Shown here one piece after another: positions 21,744 through 33,168 of a stretch of DNA of 64,000 nt (position 1 is its first letter; every line of letters starts with the position of its first letter). This DNA comes from Naegleria gruberi (taxonomy: Eukaryota), in assembly GCA_000004985.1 (NCBI GenBank), contig GG738887.1; one strand, given 5' to 3'. The notes beneath the pieces are model-generated. The model searched no databases. It worked only from the letters and a program-made list of their open reading frames with translations, and was not told the DNA's origin. Both the position numbers and the translations under genes were made by a program.

Positions 21744-23355
21744 ATGCCAAAAATTCGAAGAGGTACACCCTTGGGCAATCTTCTTTTAAATTATTCGGAA
21801 GGTGATTTATTGTCTTTTCATGTATTGCCTTTTATTGATTTTAGGATAATTCGTGAATCTATTTATTTGGTTTCCAAGCAAGTTGCTACACTTGTTCAAA
21901 ATGCTTCCTGTTGTGATTTCATATTGTGTTTGAACTCGGAGATGACCAGGAAGGTTTCATTAGAGCCTCCAGTTAGTAAAATAACTAGGGAGGAATTATT
22001 TCCATCCTTGTTGTGGTTTGCGAGTGGAGTGGAAATTTACAGTAGCACTAACTTGGATTTAAGTCACAAGAATCTGTTAATTGCCAGAAAGATTTATGAA
22101 AAGGCTTTTCAGAGGAGGAGAAAATTGAAAATTTATTTTAGTTCTCTGCAGGGATATAAGCAGTATATGGAATTTTTGGAAAATTACATGATGGAGAAAA
22201 TAAGAATAGAATTTACAATATATGAAATGGAATTACTGAGATCAGCAATAAGAACCATAGAAAATACACGGAAAAAACTTGGGCATTTAATATTAACTCA
22301 AAGAGGAATTACTATGAATGCACTCGCCAGCATCACTACTCTATTTGGATATTTAAAGGATAAGAAAGTATTCGATCTCTTTGAGAAGGTGGAAATGAAA
22401 ATTGGTGATGAAATATTGAATTTTATTTTAAATGAAAACAATTGCTCTATATTATCACATTTACATGAATCACTTCAATTTAAATGTTTAAAAATTGTAA
22501 TTGATGATTCTTCAAATGATATCAATGCCAAACCTTTTGACTCTATCCGTCAAGGAATGTATCATTAAGATAAAGGAAGAAAAAGATGATTCGACAAGGA
22601 TGTTGGAAATGTTCAAAACTCCAAGCCTATCAGTACTTACCATTGAGAAAATGAAACTGAAAAATATTCCTCTGGTCAAATGTACGCTTAAAACACTGAA
22701 ATTAGATAACAATAACATTACTGGTGACTTGACAGATTTTGAGAGGTTGAGAGTTCATAATTTAGAGCTTCTTTCACTTTCTAACAATATGATTGAAAAA
22801 TATCAAACGTACGCCAGCCTTACCAAACTTTCACAGCAAGTAATAGCTTTAGGAAATGTTTTTGATGTCATTTCAATGGATGGAGAAATTAAGGAATTTA
22901 CTGGAGAAGAATATCATGTAGAGAGATCTAAATACTTTCATAGACCAATCAATTGGGTACCTACTCAGAATATTTTGAGATTTATTAGGAGTCACACTTC
23001 TCAACTCGTGGTTTCTCAGAAAATGCACTTTAAAGATCTGATAACAATTAAGCAATTGTCTGGAGAAGATCCTAATCTATTATTTTGGAATTTACTCTAT
23101 TCAAGTCCATCAGTCAACAAGAAGAACATTACAATAATGTCTGGTTTTATTCAAATGGGAATTAAATTGAATAGTCAATGTTCCAAACAAATAGGTATGA
23201 ATTGGATCTTTATTGGATTATTTTTGAGATCCGCTAATTCAGTACGATGTACTTTATTAGACAGCAAAGGATTTGAACCTTCCCTAAATTATATAATTGA
23301 AAATTGGTCAACCATTTCAAGTCAACACGAGCACATCAACAAATTGAGAAAATAA
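21744..23355 (+). CDS. Hypothetical protein with an LRR-like C-terminal half. Two ORF-track pieces are joined by one intron at 22497..22554. CDS is join(21744..22496,22555..23355).
   Basis: ORFs 21744..22568 and 22501..23355 overlap out of frame. A GTAATT donor after ...LKI and a ...CAAG acceptor join in phase to give ...CLKI|ECIIKIKEEKDD. Exon 2 has LKLDNNNITGDLTDFERLRVHNLELLSLSNNMIEKY. Confidence 0.55.
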
Positions 23356-23498
23356 AAAGTTGTGAAAAACTGTAGTTGAATAAGATTCGCTTATGTTTCG
23401 ACCGTTGTGATGTCAACCCCATTTTTGTTCATTTGAAAGAGCGCTTTCTTTTTAGTGAGAGCGAGCCAAAATCAAAAAAATAACACCAACACCACAGC

Positions 23499-24556
23499 AT
23501 GCCAATTCTTCAATCAGATATTATTGAGATTCGTATAATCAAAGCAACTAATCTCATACCTGCCGATGTGAATGGACTCTCAGATCCTGTAAGTTTTCGT
23601 ATACGATAATAACAATTATTAAAATCATTTAGTATGTGATTGTTTCTTCGGCATTGAATTTTTATGATCAAATCAAAACTGCCATCATCCACAATAATTT
23701 AAATCCAGTGTGGGCCAATGATGAAGTTTATTCTTTCAAAAGTCCTAAAGAAGTATCATCGGGATGGAATGTTAAATTCCTAGTTTTTGATTATGATCGT
23801 ATGAAGAAGGATGATTATTTGGGTGAATATGAATTGAATATTAATGATGACAGATTTAAACCGAATGGAAACGAGGAGATTGTGAATATGACTTTGGAAA
23901 AGGTAAAACATGGTGTGTTAACAGTTGGAATTAAAGTAAAGAGAGTAAATGATGAGTTGACTAGTCCATCTCCTCGATCAAGTCATCAAAAAGATTTGGA
24001 ACATTACAAAGTTGATCATTTTCCACATCTTTGTTTCAAAGTTCCAAAAAGATTTAAATTTGACATGATGGATAAGAAGAAGACTTCAATTTCATGTCAT
24101 TATCAATATGATAATGGAGATTATGATCACATTACTGTTTCTTACTTGCCAAACATTTTACAAGAAATGACTTTTGAAAAGGCTAAATTTTACAATATTC
24201 TTAGTTTGAGAAAAACTCATAAGGAATATTCCAAACTCTCTGGAAATCAACTCATTGATGTAGAAGATGATGTTGCACAAACTCTTTTCACTTCACAATT
24301 TGCTCAAGTGTTTCGTTGGCAATGGATTTTTGTGGATTATCCTGAACAGCGTCCAACCAGAGTCTTCTTCTACATGATTAAATCTCAAACTGCCTCAAAG
24401 AGTCTTCACACAATTGTTTATAAGACAACTAGAGGATGTATTAAGAATGAAGACTCTCCATTCGATCATACTAAAGTAGATTCCAAATTGCTGAGCTCTA
24501 TTGAATTGGAAATTACAGATCTGATTAAGAGTTGTGAAAAGGTTGATAATAATTAA
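23499..24556 (+). CDS. C2-domain protein. One intron at 23589..23632. CDS is join(23499..23588,23633..24556).
   Basis: Exon 1 is MPILQSDIIEIRIIKATNLIPADVNGLSDP, then GTAAGT...CATTTAG, then exon 2 YVIVSSALNFYDQIKTAIIHNNLNPVWANDEVYSFK...FLVFDYDRMKKDDYLGE. This is the canonical C2 pattern 'DxxGxSDPYV...NPxWNE...FxVxDxD'. Confidence 0.75.
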
Positions 24557-25257
24557 GGAGTTTCAATATTTGGAATTTAATTCATTTTGTTAATAATTTG
24601 GAAAATAAGTAGAACATCAAAAGTAAATTTCAACATTTATATGAAATTAATATTGTGTTCGTTCAGTAAGACAAATAGATTTGTATTTTGGAATCCAAGT
24701 TATTAAGAGAGAGTTGCCACTCTCTAATTGATTTCAATTTCATGGCCATCTAAGGACACTCTAATAATGATAAGCAAACAACTCAACCAATTAATTACTA
24801 CTACAGCCAAGGTCACCACCACAATCGTAACTGTAAATCAAAATCTATTGTAATCGCATTGAAATTTTCCAAAACAAGCCACCCAGTCTGTTTTGTGCGG
24901 AGCCCGTTTTGGATGAGAATTAGATTTCCAAGCCCAAAAAAAAGTCCCTCGCACTTGCCACTTGGTCCTTGTTGTTCTTGTACTTGAGACTTTGGAAAAA
25001 CTTCCAACAACTTCCGCCCCACATCCATCTCATCATCCTCAACATAACAAAAAAACCACACAACGATAGTGACCCGAATGCAACAAGTTGTTGTTGTCGA
25101 TACAAAATATCATCACCAATTGCTCAGCCTCACCTTGCAACCAATAATAGTATTAAAACCACTTGGTTTATTAGTAGTGTATTAGAGAGAAAGTTGTCTA
25201 ACTATATCTAATATAATATTCCATCCAATCTAGCCTTTTTTAAAAGAACTCAAAAGT

Positions 25258-27546
25258 ATGGGTGTCGATGCATCAAAATTGTATAGCCCGAGCACAATGC
25301 TCAATACGGCTCTAGGAAGAAATAGTTTAGAAGAAACATATCCAGAGGATTTGGAACATTTCGATCCGTTTGATAAGAATTCCAAACATTCAAATGCCAA
25401 TAATGCATTTGTAAAGAGGAAATTGCCAAAGGAAATGTGGTTACATATTGCCAGTTTCATGCCAATCAAGACTTTATGTTTGTTGGTTGGTGCCAATAAG
25501 TTTTTCTTTAAATTGTTGGTGAAACCTGACCTTGGATCTTCAACCGTATCCAAAGGAGAAGAACGAAGTAGCTTGGATATTGTGAGTCAATATTCGAGAA
25601 TTGGTTTCAATTATATTTTGGAACGATTATTGTTTAATGCATTCCCTGATTATGGAATTTTCATAACTGAAAAGAGAGAAGGATTAGAAGCAAGAAAGAG
25701 TAAAAGCTCTAGTAATGTAAAGAATTTGAAACAAGTCAAGAATGAATTATTCTATTCCAATACCTATGACAAGATGAAGGAAATTGTGACGAACCTGGAA
25801 ACTTACAGAGACTTTTCTGTGTGTTGGAAGAGATTGGATATTGAACATGCTGAACTTAATATGAAGCCTACATCCCTTTGTCTGATTGATATAACAATCT
25901 CAAAGAAGAATATTCAATATTTAATGTCTAGAAGAGGTTTGGAATATTTAGATGAAGACGAGGATCATAACAGCTATGGATTTGCAGAAGATATTTATGA
26001 TCAACCACCAGTTAATACTTGGTCAATATTCGTTAATCATGTATTCTCCCCTAAATTGAAATATTTAACAATCAATGATTGCCACTTTTCATTAGATATT
26101 CATTTTGATTGGTACAATATGAACTTGGTTCATCACTGTCCAAATCTCAAGAGAATTGAGATTAAACTTTATGAGAAATACCATGACTGGTTGTTGGACA
26201 CTATTCGTTCCTTGAAGAGTCTGGAAACAGTTACATTCCTCCCTGGTAGTGAATTGTCTTCCACTTTCTATCAAGCAGTCACAAAATCAGCAGATAACAT
26301 TTCACACATTAAGGAGTTGAACTTTTTAGATGAGTTTACCTTTGATCAACCTCTTGATTTTTTGCAAACTTTTTACAAATTAGAGAGATTGACAATTCAA
26401 CTCAGATCCTACAAGGATGTTAAATATATTCCAACAAATATTCGCTCGCTGACCATCAGTTTAGGAGGTAAATCATCCACTGAGGTTCCTAACATCAAAT
26501 TTGATTGTCTTAAACAATTAGCAGTCAAAGGTGGGGTTTTATCTCACGAACAATGGGACTCATTCCTCAAGAATACCAGTCAAAATGTTGAGCAATTTAC
26601 TATTGCTCCTGCTGAGGAGTTTAACTTTTCCAAATCATTAACATATTTTACCAAGCTGAAGACCGTTTCTATTTCTAACATTTATTTTGCTTCCTCTGAT
26701 CATTCCTCAGTGGTCTCAAAGTTTTTCACCAACAATAAGAATCTAGTATCTTTAGATATGAGTGGAAGTGTCATTAACTATACCAAATCTATTGTTAATG
26801 CATTACCAAAATCGTTGAGAGAAATTAATCTGGAAGGAACGATTGCCCAACTTCCAACTCATATCAAACTCGATAAGCTTACCTTTACTATCAATGGTAA
26901 ACAAGATGAGATTGTTCAATCGCTCGATTATAGCGTATGGAAAGAAAGTCTCAAAGAATTGTGTATATATGGATCAGAAGTTCATGGATTATTATCTGTA
27001 AATATTTGTAAATTGCAAAACTTGGAAAAGCTCGTACTTGTTGGTATTGGATTTGAAAAGATTCCAAAGGATTTCTATTCAATGAAATCTCTTAAACATA
27101 TTGACCTTTCTTCCAATCAAATAAGGGAGGTATCAAAGAAGATTGCCTATATGCAAAACCTTGAATATATTGACATTTCCAATAACAGTATTGAAAAGTT
27201 CGATGCTTCAGTATTCAAATTAATGAAAAAATTGGATCAAGTCCATTTTACAAGAAACCCATTCTACAATGGCTATGAATCCTCGCTGACTTATCAAAAA
27301 TGGTTGCACTACCCAACCTATAATACCATAGCAGCCGTATGTAAGAATAGATTTTTGGAAAAGAAGAAGAATTTATATGAAGTTTCCAATACTAGAATTC
27401 AATGGTTTGTTGAACTCTACAAACACGTCAGATTTACTGTACAGATTGAATATTTCAATATTAAACGTCAAGCTACACAAAGAAAAGCATTCAGATGTGC
27501 TATGGATAAGAGGAAATGCAATTTATTCGAATGGGATCTGATATAG
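25258..27546 (+). CDS. F-box-like/leucine-rich-repeat protein.
   Basis: The ORF is 762 aa. An N-terminal F-box-like segment reads LPKEMWLHIASFMPIKTLCLLVGANKFFFKLL. C-terminal LRRs read LQNLEKLVLVGIGFEKIPKDFYSMKSLKHIDLSSNQIREVSKKIAYMQNLEYIDISNNSIEKF. Confidence 0.65.
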   Translation: MGVDASKLYSPSTMLNTALGRNSLEETYPEDLEHFDPFDKNSKHSNANNAFVKRKLPKEMWLHIASFMPIKTLCLLVGANKFFFKLLVKPDLGSSTVSKGEERSSLDIVSQYSRIGFNYILERLLFNAFPDYGIFITEKREGLEARKSKSSSNVKNLKQVKNELFYSNTYDKMKEIVTNLETYRDFSVCWKRLDIEHAELNMKPTSLCLIDITISKKNIQYLMSRRGLEYLDEDEDHNSYGFAEDIYDQPPVNTWSIFVNHVFSPKLKYLTINDCHFSLDIHFDWYNMNLVHHCPNLKRIEIKLYEKYHDWLLDTIRSLKSLETVTFLPGSELSSTFYQAVTKSADNISHIKELNFLDEFTFDQPLDFLQTFYKLERLTIQLRSYKDVKYIPTNIRSLTISLGGKSSTEVPNIKFDCLKQLAVKGGVLSHEQWDSFLKNTSQNVEQFTIAPAEEFNFSKSLTYFTKLKTVSISNIYFASSDHSSVVSKFFTNNKNLVSLDMSGSVINYTKSIVNALPKSLREINLEGTIAQLPTHIKLDKLTFTINGKQDEIVQSLDYSVWKESLKELCIYGSEVHGLLSVNICKLQNLEKLVLVGIGFEKIPKDFYSMKSLKHIDLSSNQIREVSKKIAYMQNLEYIDISNNSIEKFDASVFKLMKKLDQVHFTRNPFYNGYESSLTYQKWLHYPTYNTIAAVCKNRFLEKKKNLYEVSNTRIQWFVELYKHVRFTVQIEYFNIKRQATQRKAFRCAMDKRKCNLFEWDLI

Positions 27547-27699
27547 CCCGTCTGAAAATAACTCAGTTTCATTCCCAATGTAAATATTAATACCATTGTT
27601 AAATAAAATTACTAATTTATTAATTTTTGAATATTTTACAAAATTCATTGTCTATTTTTACCGCCAAACAAAAATTCTTCCAAAAACAGAACAAAAAAA

Positions 27700-30502
27700 A
27701 TGAAAAGAAAGTTTGTCACACCCTTCAAGAATCCACCCCCACCAAAGGCTGAAGACAAATCGAGTGCAACACCAACAACAACCGATGTAGCTAAATCTTC
27801 ACAATCAAATGCTAGTCAAGATGTTCCGAAGGCTAATTCAACAACTACAACAACAGCAAAGAAAAAGTTTGTCCCACCAACAAGAACAAAGCCTTCAGAA
27901 CCTACCTCTACCTCCAATGCTAACAATAATAATAATAATAGTTCAAATAATGATGAAGAGGAGGGAGAAGTGTGGATGGTCATGCATACAAAGAATTCAA
28001 ATAAGAAACATAAAACATTTGATGATGGTTTCTTATTGATAAGGAACAAAAAGTACACATTGTTTGATTCACAGGGAAAACAATTGATTGCCAAGTCTGT
28101 TTCTAAAGTAGAGTATGTAATTTACCAATGATAATTAGATGAATTTAACATTTTCAAAGAACTTTCCGAGAAAATGATCAGCTCACCCTTGGAACTAAAC
28201 TAGTTGATTTTCAATCCAAGTTGAAAATGGAGGATTACATTAGTGGTAGAATATTCCTTCAATATCAATCCAATATCACAACACCTAAAGTTAATACAAT
28301 ATCATCAGCTGCCAAGACTGAATTCAAACGTCATACTACATCCAAGACTGCAGGTTTAGGCTACAATAACACAGAAGTTCAAGTTATCAAGGCACCTGAA
28401 GGAGCCTACATTTTGAATGAAAATCATCCTGAAAAGGATAAGAATGGAAAGAAATTATCTGATGTTTTTATTGATAATTTTCTTGGAGAAAATCTCAGAC
28501 CTCATCAAGTTGAAGGTGTGAAATTTATGTACGAATGTGCCATGGGATTGAAAGATTTTGTTGGAAAGGGTTGTTTGTTGGCAGACGAAATGGGTTTAGG
28601 TAAAACCCTTCAAACCATTACTTGTAAGTTTTTTAGAAATAACTAATTATTCCTTAATTCAATTTAGTAATCTATACATTACTCAGAAGAGGTCCATTTG
28701 GATCACCAATTATTAAAAAGGCCATTGTTGTAACCAATTCATCTCTCGTAAAGAATTGGACCAGTGAATTTGATAAATGGGTTGGAGAAGATAAAATCAA
28801 AGTATTGACAGTTACTACCAAAACAGCTAAACAATCTCCATCCGAAACTTTAAAGATTTTCAAAGCTGGCTACCATCAAGTATTAATCATTTCATATAAT
28901 CTCTGTACCAATTATGTGGAGGAATTGCAAGATTGTCAATGTGATATACTTATTTGTGATGAAGGTCACAAGTTGAAGAATGCTAATATTAAGATTTTCC
29001 AAACTCTGAAAAAGATTTCTACTCCAAGAAGAATAGTACTCAGTGGTACACCTTTGCAGAATGACTTGAATGAGTTCTTTACCATTTGTGACTTTATCAA
29101 TCCTGGTTTGTTGGGTGATGCAACATCTTTCAAGAATCTCTTCACTGAGCCAATTAAAAAGAGTCAAGAACCAAATGCTAAAAAACAAGACAAGGTTATT
29201 GGTGAAAATAGATCCAAAGAGTTGAATAAGATTGTTTCTCAATTTGTTTTGAGAAGAACCAACCTTTTATTGAGACAACATTTACCTCCAAAAAGTAAGT
29301 AAGCAATTCTATTACTGTCTTAACATGTATTTTTCAGTGGAAATTGTATTATTCTGTGGTATGACTGAATTACAAGAAAATCTTTACAAACATTTTGTAC
29401 TCTCCAAAGCTCTGAGAGGTGTTATTAATGGTACTTTGGATTCAAACAATGCATTGGCTTGTATTATGCACTTGAAGAAATTATTAGCACATCCAAATAT
29501 GATCTACCCACAGGAAAACAATGAAGAAAAAGAGGAAGAGGACAATGAATTATTCGATGATATTTGGACCCAATCAAAAAAGCACTTCCCATCTGACTAC
29601 AATCCAAACGACAAGAAAGAATATCATTCCCAGTATTCTGGAAAGCTACTTGTTCTTGATAATCTATTGAGGGAAATCAGGGAAGTTGGAGATAGAGTAG
29701 TAATTGTTTCTAACTTTAAATCTGTAAGTTGTTTTTAAATTTCCAAATCCAATCTCACAAACATATACAGATTCTGAATGAAATTGAAAAATTGTGTAAA
29801 ATAAGAGACTATCCTTTGAGTAGATTGGACGGATCAACTCAATCAGAAAAGAGAATGGTAATTGTAAATAGTTTCAACTCACCAAAATCAAATGACTTTA
29901 TATTCTTGCTTTCATCCAAAGCTGGTGGTTGTGGTCTCAATTTAATTGGTGCTAACAGACTTATTATGATAGATCCTGATTGGAATCCAAGTAATGACGA
30001 ACAGGCCATGGCTCGTGTTTGGAGAGATGGTCAAAAGAAGAGTGTTTTCATCTATAGAATGATTGGTTGTGGTACTATTGAAGAAAAGATTTTCCAAAGA
30101 CAAATTGTCAAGACAGGTCTGTCTAAATCTACCCTTGATGAAAAGTCTCTCAAATCTCAATTTTCGAGTGAAATGCTTAAAGAGCTGTTCAAATATGATA
30201 ATGATATGGATTGTAAAACATACCCTGCGGATAGTAACGACCTTGATGCAATTAAGGAAAAAGATGAAGTTTTAGCTAAGGTGTTAGACGAGGAGGATGT
30301 AAAGATTCCTTTTGTCAAGATTACATTGGATACTGAGGATTCCAAAAATCAATCAAACGAAACAACCGAAGAATCAAATGTGGAAGACGAAGAAGAATCC
30401 AGTGAAGAGGATTCACTTGAATCGGATACAAAGAAGAGAAAGATTGACATGGAAGAAGGTGAGGAAGAGTTTAAATTTATTGACGAAGATGAGGATGAAT
30501 AA
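27700..30502 (+). CDS. RAD54: RAD54-family SWI2/SNF2 DNA-dependent ATPase (homologous-recombination motor). Proposed exons: 27700..28116 (N-terminal low-complexity exon, less certain), 28221..28623, 28668..29294, 29338..29723, 29771..30502.
   Basis: Motifs [33 protein letters not shown]|[47 protein letters not shown]. After splicing: [20 protein letters not shown]...[12 protein letters not shown], then [22 protein letters not shown]...[45 protein letters not shown]. Introns run from GTAAGT donors to AG acceptors and all phases are consistent. Exon 1 joins by a GTAATT donor after ...SKVEY to a ...TCCAAG acceptor in phase 0. Confidence 0.8.
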
Positions 30503-30684
30503 ATCTTAATTTCTGGAATAGTCAAATAATTTACCTAATACTTTAAATGATGTCATATCTGAATTGAAAAAAATCTAGGATATTTCAAAACGTAACCAAT
30601 GGCTCTTTCCAATAATTCACAATTGATTTATTAAATATGAATATTAATAATAATTTAAAATTAATATTAAAATTGTAAAAAAAA

Positions 30685-31149
30685 ATGAGAGCAATTATTC
30701 AACGGGTTAATCATGCCAGTGTGACCGTAGCCAACAATCTCATCAGTCAAATTCAAAGAGGCATGATGGTATTAATCGGAATTGAAAAAACAGACACCAA
30801 AGAAGATATGGAATATATTGTTAAAAAGATAATTAATACACGTTTGTGGGATGATGATAATGGAAAGGCTTGGAATGCAAGTGTAAAGGAAAAGAATTAT
30901 GAAATTCTTCTTGTTTCCCAATTTACTCTCTATCATAAATTCAAGGGAAATAAATTGGATTTTCATTGTGCTATGAAAACGGAGGAAGCTAGGAATTTCT
31001 TTGCTGAAATTGTTGCTGAAGTAAAGAAGAATCACAATTCGGAAAGTTTGGTGAAGGAAGGAGCTTTTGGAGAATATATGGATTGTACATTGTCGAATGA
31101 TGGACCAGTGACAATTATTGTGGATAGTAGAAATAAAAACACAGTGTAG
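30685..31149 (+). CDS. DTD1: D-aminoacyl-tRNA (D-Tyr-tRNA) deacylase.
   Basis: 154 aa: MRAIIQRVNHASVTV...MVLIGIEKTD...LLVSQFTLY...SNDGPVTIIVDS. This matches the conserved DTD motifs (SQFTL and NDGPVT). Confidence 0.85.
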   Translation: MRAIIQRVNHASVTVANNLISQIQRGMMVLIGIEKTDTKEDMEYIVKKIINTRLWDDDNGKAWNASVKEKNYEILLVSQFTLYHKFKGNKLDFHCAMKTEEARNFFAEIVAEVKKNHNSESLVKEGAFGEYMDCTLSNDGPVTIIVDSRNKNTV

Positions 31150-31914
31150 TTATAGGAATTCACTGTTAATTATTATTACTACTAGTATTAATATGAATAA
31201 TATTTTAAATGGAATAGTTTGATAAGGTATTTTTTCATTGGAATGCATAGAACAATAGGAGAAACTGTCAGTTCATGATCCATTCCTTTTCAGATTAGTT
31301 TCCTTGTGATCTGTGACCATTGTTAGTGAATTGGGTTCTTTATCTAATTTCAGTCCATATTTTGATTTCGATCAAAACCTCCAAATGGAATCTAACTTAT
31401 TGAGAAGGACCAGTTTCTAACAACGATCATTCCTCTCTCGTAATCCAAATGCACCACCCTGCACTCAACAAATATATTGATGATTCTAACAATTAATAAT
31501 GGGAATACAATTGCTCCTTTTCCTACTACCACCACTTTACCGTAAAACACATCTTGTACAGGTTCTTAAGGAACATTGAAAAAGGAATTTTAATTCTCAA
31601 ATCAGCTAACGTTGACGTCCAATAACAAAGATAATCATGTTCACCACATGTGTTGTTTTCTTTGCATATGATGAGATAAAACAATAATACAGAGTTACCA
31701 TAAAGCCATCAAATCATTCGTGAAACTTAACGTTGTTGGTGAGTCATCAGGAAGAATGTCATTGGACGCCTTATTATATTTTTAAATTACCGCGCCAATT
31801 CAAGTGTGCGTATGTGGGCAAGGAGTTTTGAGCTTGGAACGTTGTTGTTCGCAAAGTGATGCTGATTTTTGTTGCCACCTTCCAACAAGCTTCAACAATT
31901 ACAAAAAATTTAAA

Positions 31915-33080
31915 ATGAATCCAGAATAGTAGGTGTCCGTTACTTTGATTCGTTAACCTTCTTGCTTTTCGTGTTGTTATTTTCGTGGTCATAACGATTG
32001 ATATTGTTGTTAATAACCACCAACTTTCACTTGCTTGATACGATGATGATTTTTAACTACTACTACTCTCTTAAATACAACAAATTAAATAATTGATGAT
32101 GATTGGAAAATAGCGATTATTTGTTCAAGTTACTTTTGATTGGTATGTGTTTGATGATGAGGATGATAAATTTATTTACCATCAATATTATATTAAATAG
32201 GTGATAGCGGTGTTGGTAAAAGCTGTCTTCTCCTTCGTTTTGCTGTACGTATCTAGATTGATAATAATTTAAATATTTATACATTCTTCTACAGGACGAT
32301 ACCTACACTGACAGTTACATCAGTACTATTGGTGTCGACTTTAAGATTCGTACCATTGAATTAGATGGTAAAACCATAAAGTTGCAAATCTGGGACACGT
32401 AAGTTTTTCGGTTTAAATTCACAAGCTAAACAACAATAACAGTGCTGGTCAAGAACGATTCAGAACAATGTAAGTTATAATACTATATGATGAAAAGTTA
32501 TTTACTTTTTAAATAGTGTATGTAATAATTAATTCAGTGTTGGAAATAACGTTTTTTCATCATTACCAATAATAATCATCAATATTCTTTAAACTTGTAT
32601 TACGGATCCATACTATGATTCTATTTGCTAACTAACAAATAATAACAAACAAAACAACAATATCTTTGATCTATCTTTAAATAACAGACTTCAAGCTACT
32701 ACAGAGGTGCTCACGGTATTATCATTGTCTATGATGTCACTGATCAAGATTCCTTCTCCAACGTCAAGCAATGGCTCAGTGAAATTGATCGTTATGCTTC
32801 CGACAATGTTAACAAGTTGTTGGTTGGTAACAAGTGTGATCTCACTTCCAAGAAGCAAGTTGATCGTAGCACTGCTGAAGAATTTGCTAAGAGTTTGAAT
32901 ATTCCATTCCTTGAAACTAGTGCCAAGATTTCAACCAATGTTGAACAAGCTTTCATGACTATGGCTGCTGAAATTAAGAATAGACTTGCCAGTCAACCAA
33001 TTACTACACAACAACAACCATCCCTTGGAATTACTCCTGCCCCATCAAAGCCACAATCAAACGGTGGATGCTGTGGATAA
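31915..33080 (+). CDS. RAB1: Rab1/Ypt1-type small GTPase, 6 exons. Approximate exons: 31915..31928 (MNPEY), 32114..32142, 32201..32244, 32295..32398, 32443..32469, 32688..33080.
   Basis: The spliced product reads MNPEY|[10 protein letters not shown]|[14 protein letters not shown]|[35 protein letters not shown]|AGQERFRT(I)|[52 protein letters not shown]...GGCCG* (C-terminal CC prenylation motif). Donors are GTAGGT, GTATGT, GTACGT, GTAAGT and GTAAGT. The intron 5 / exon 6 junction is off by one nucleotide in my hand model (see findings). Confidence 0.8.
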
Positions 33081-33168
33081 TTTCATTCTTTGGAGCAAAA
33101 ACTTTTGTAGATCTATATGATTAAAGCCTGTACAGAGAGTTAAATATTCAATGAGGAATTCTTTTATT

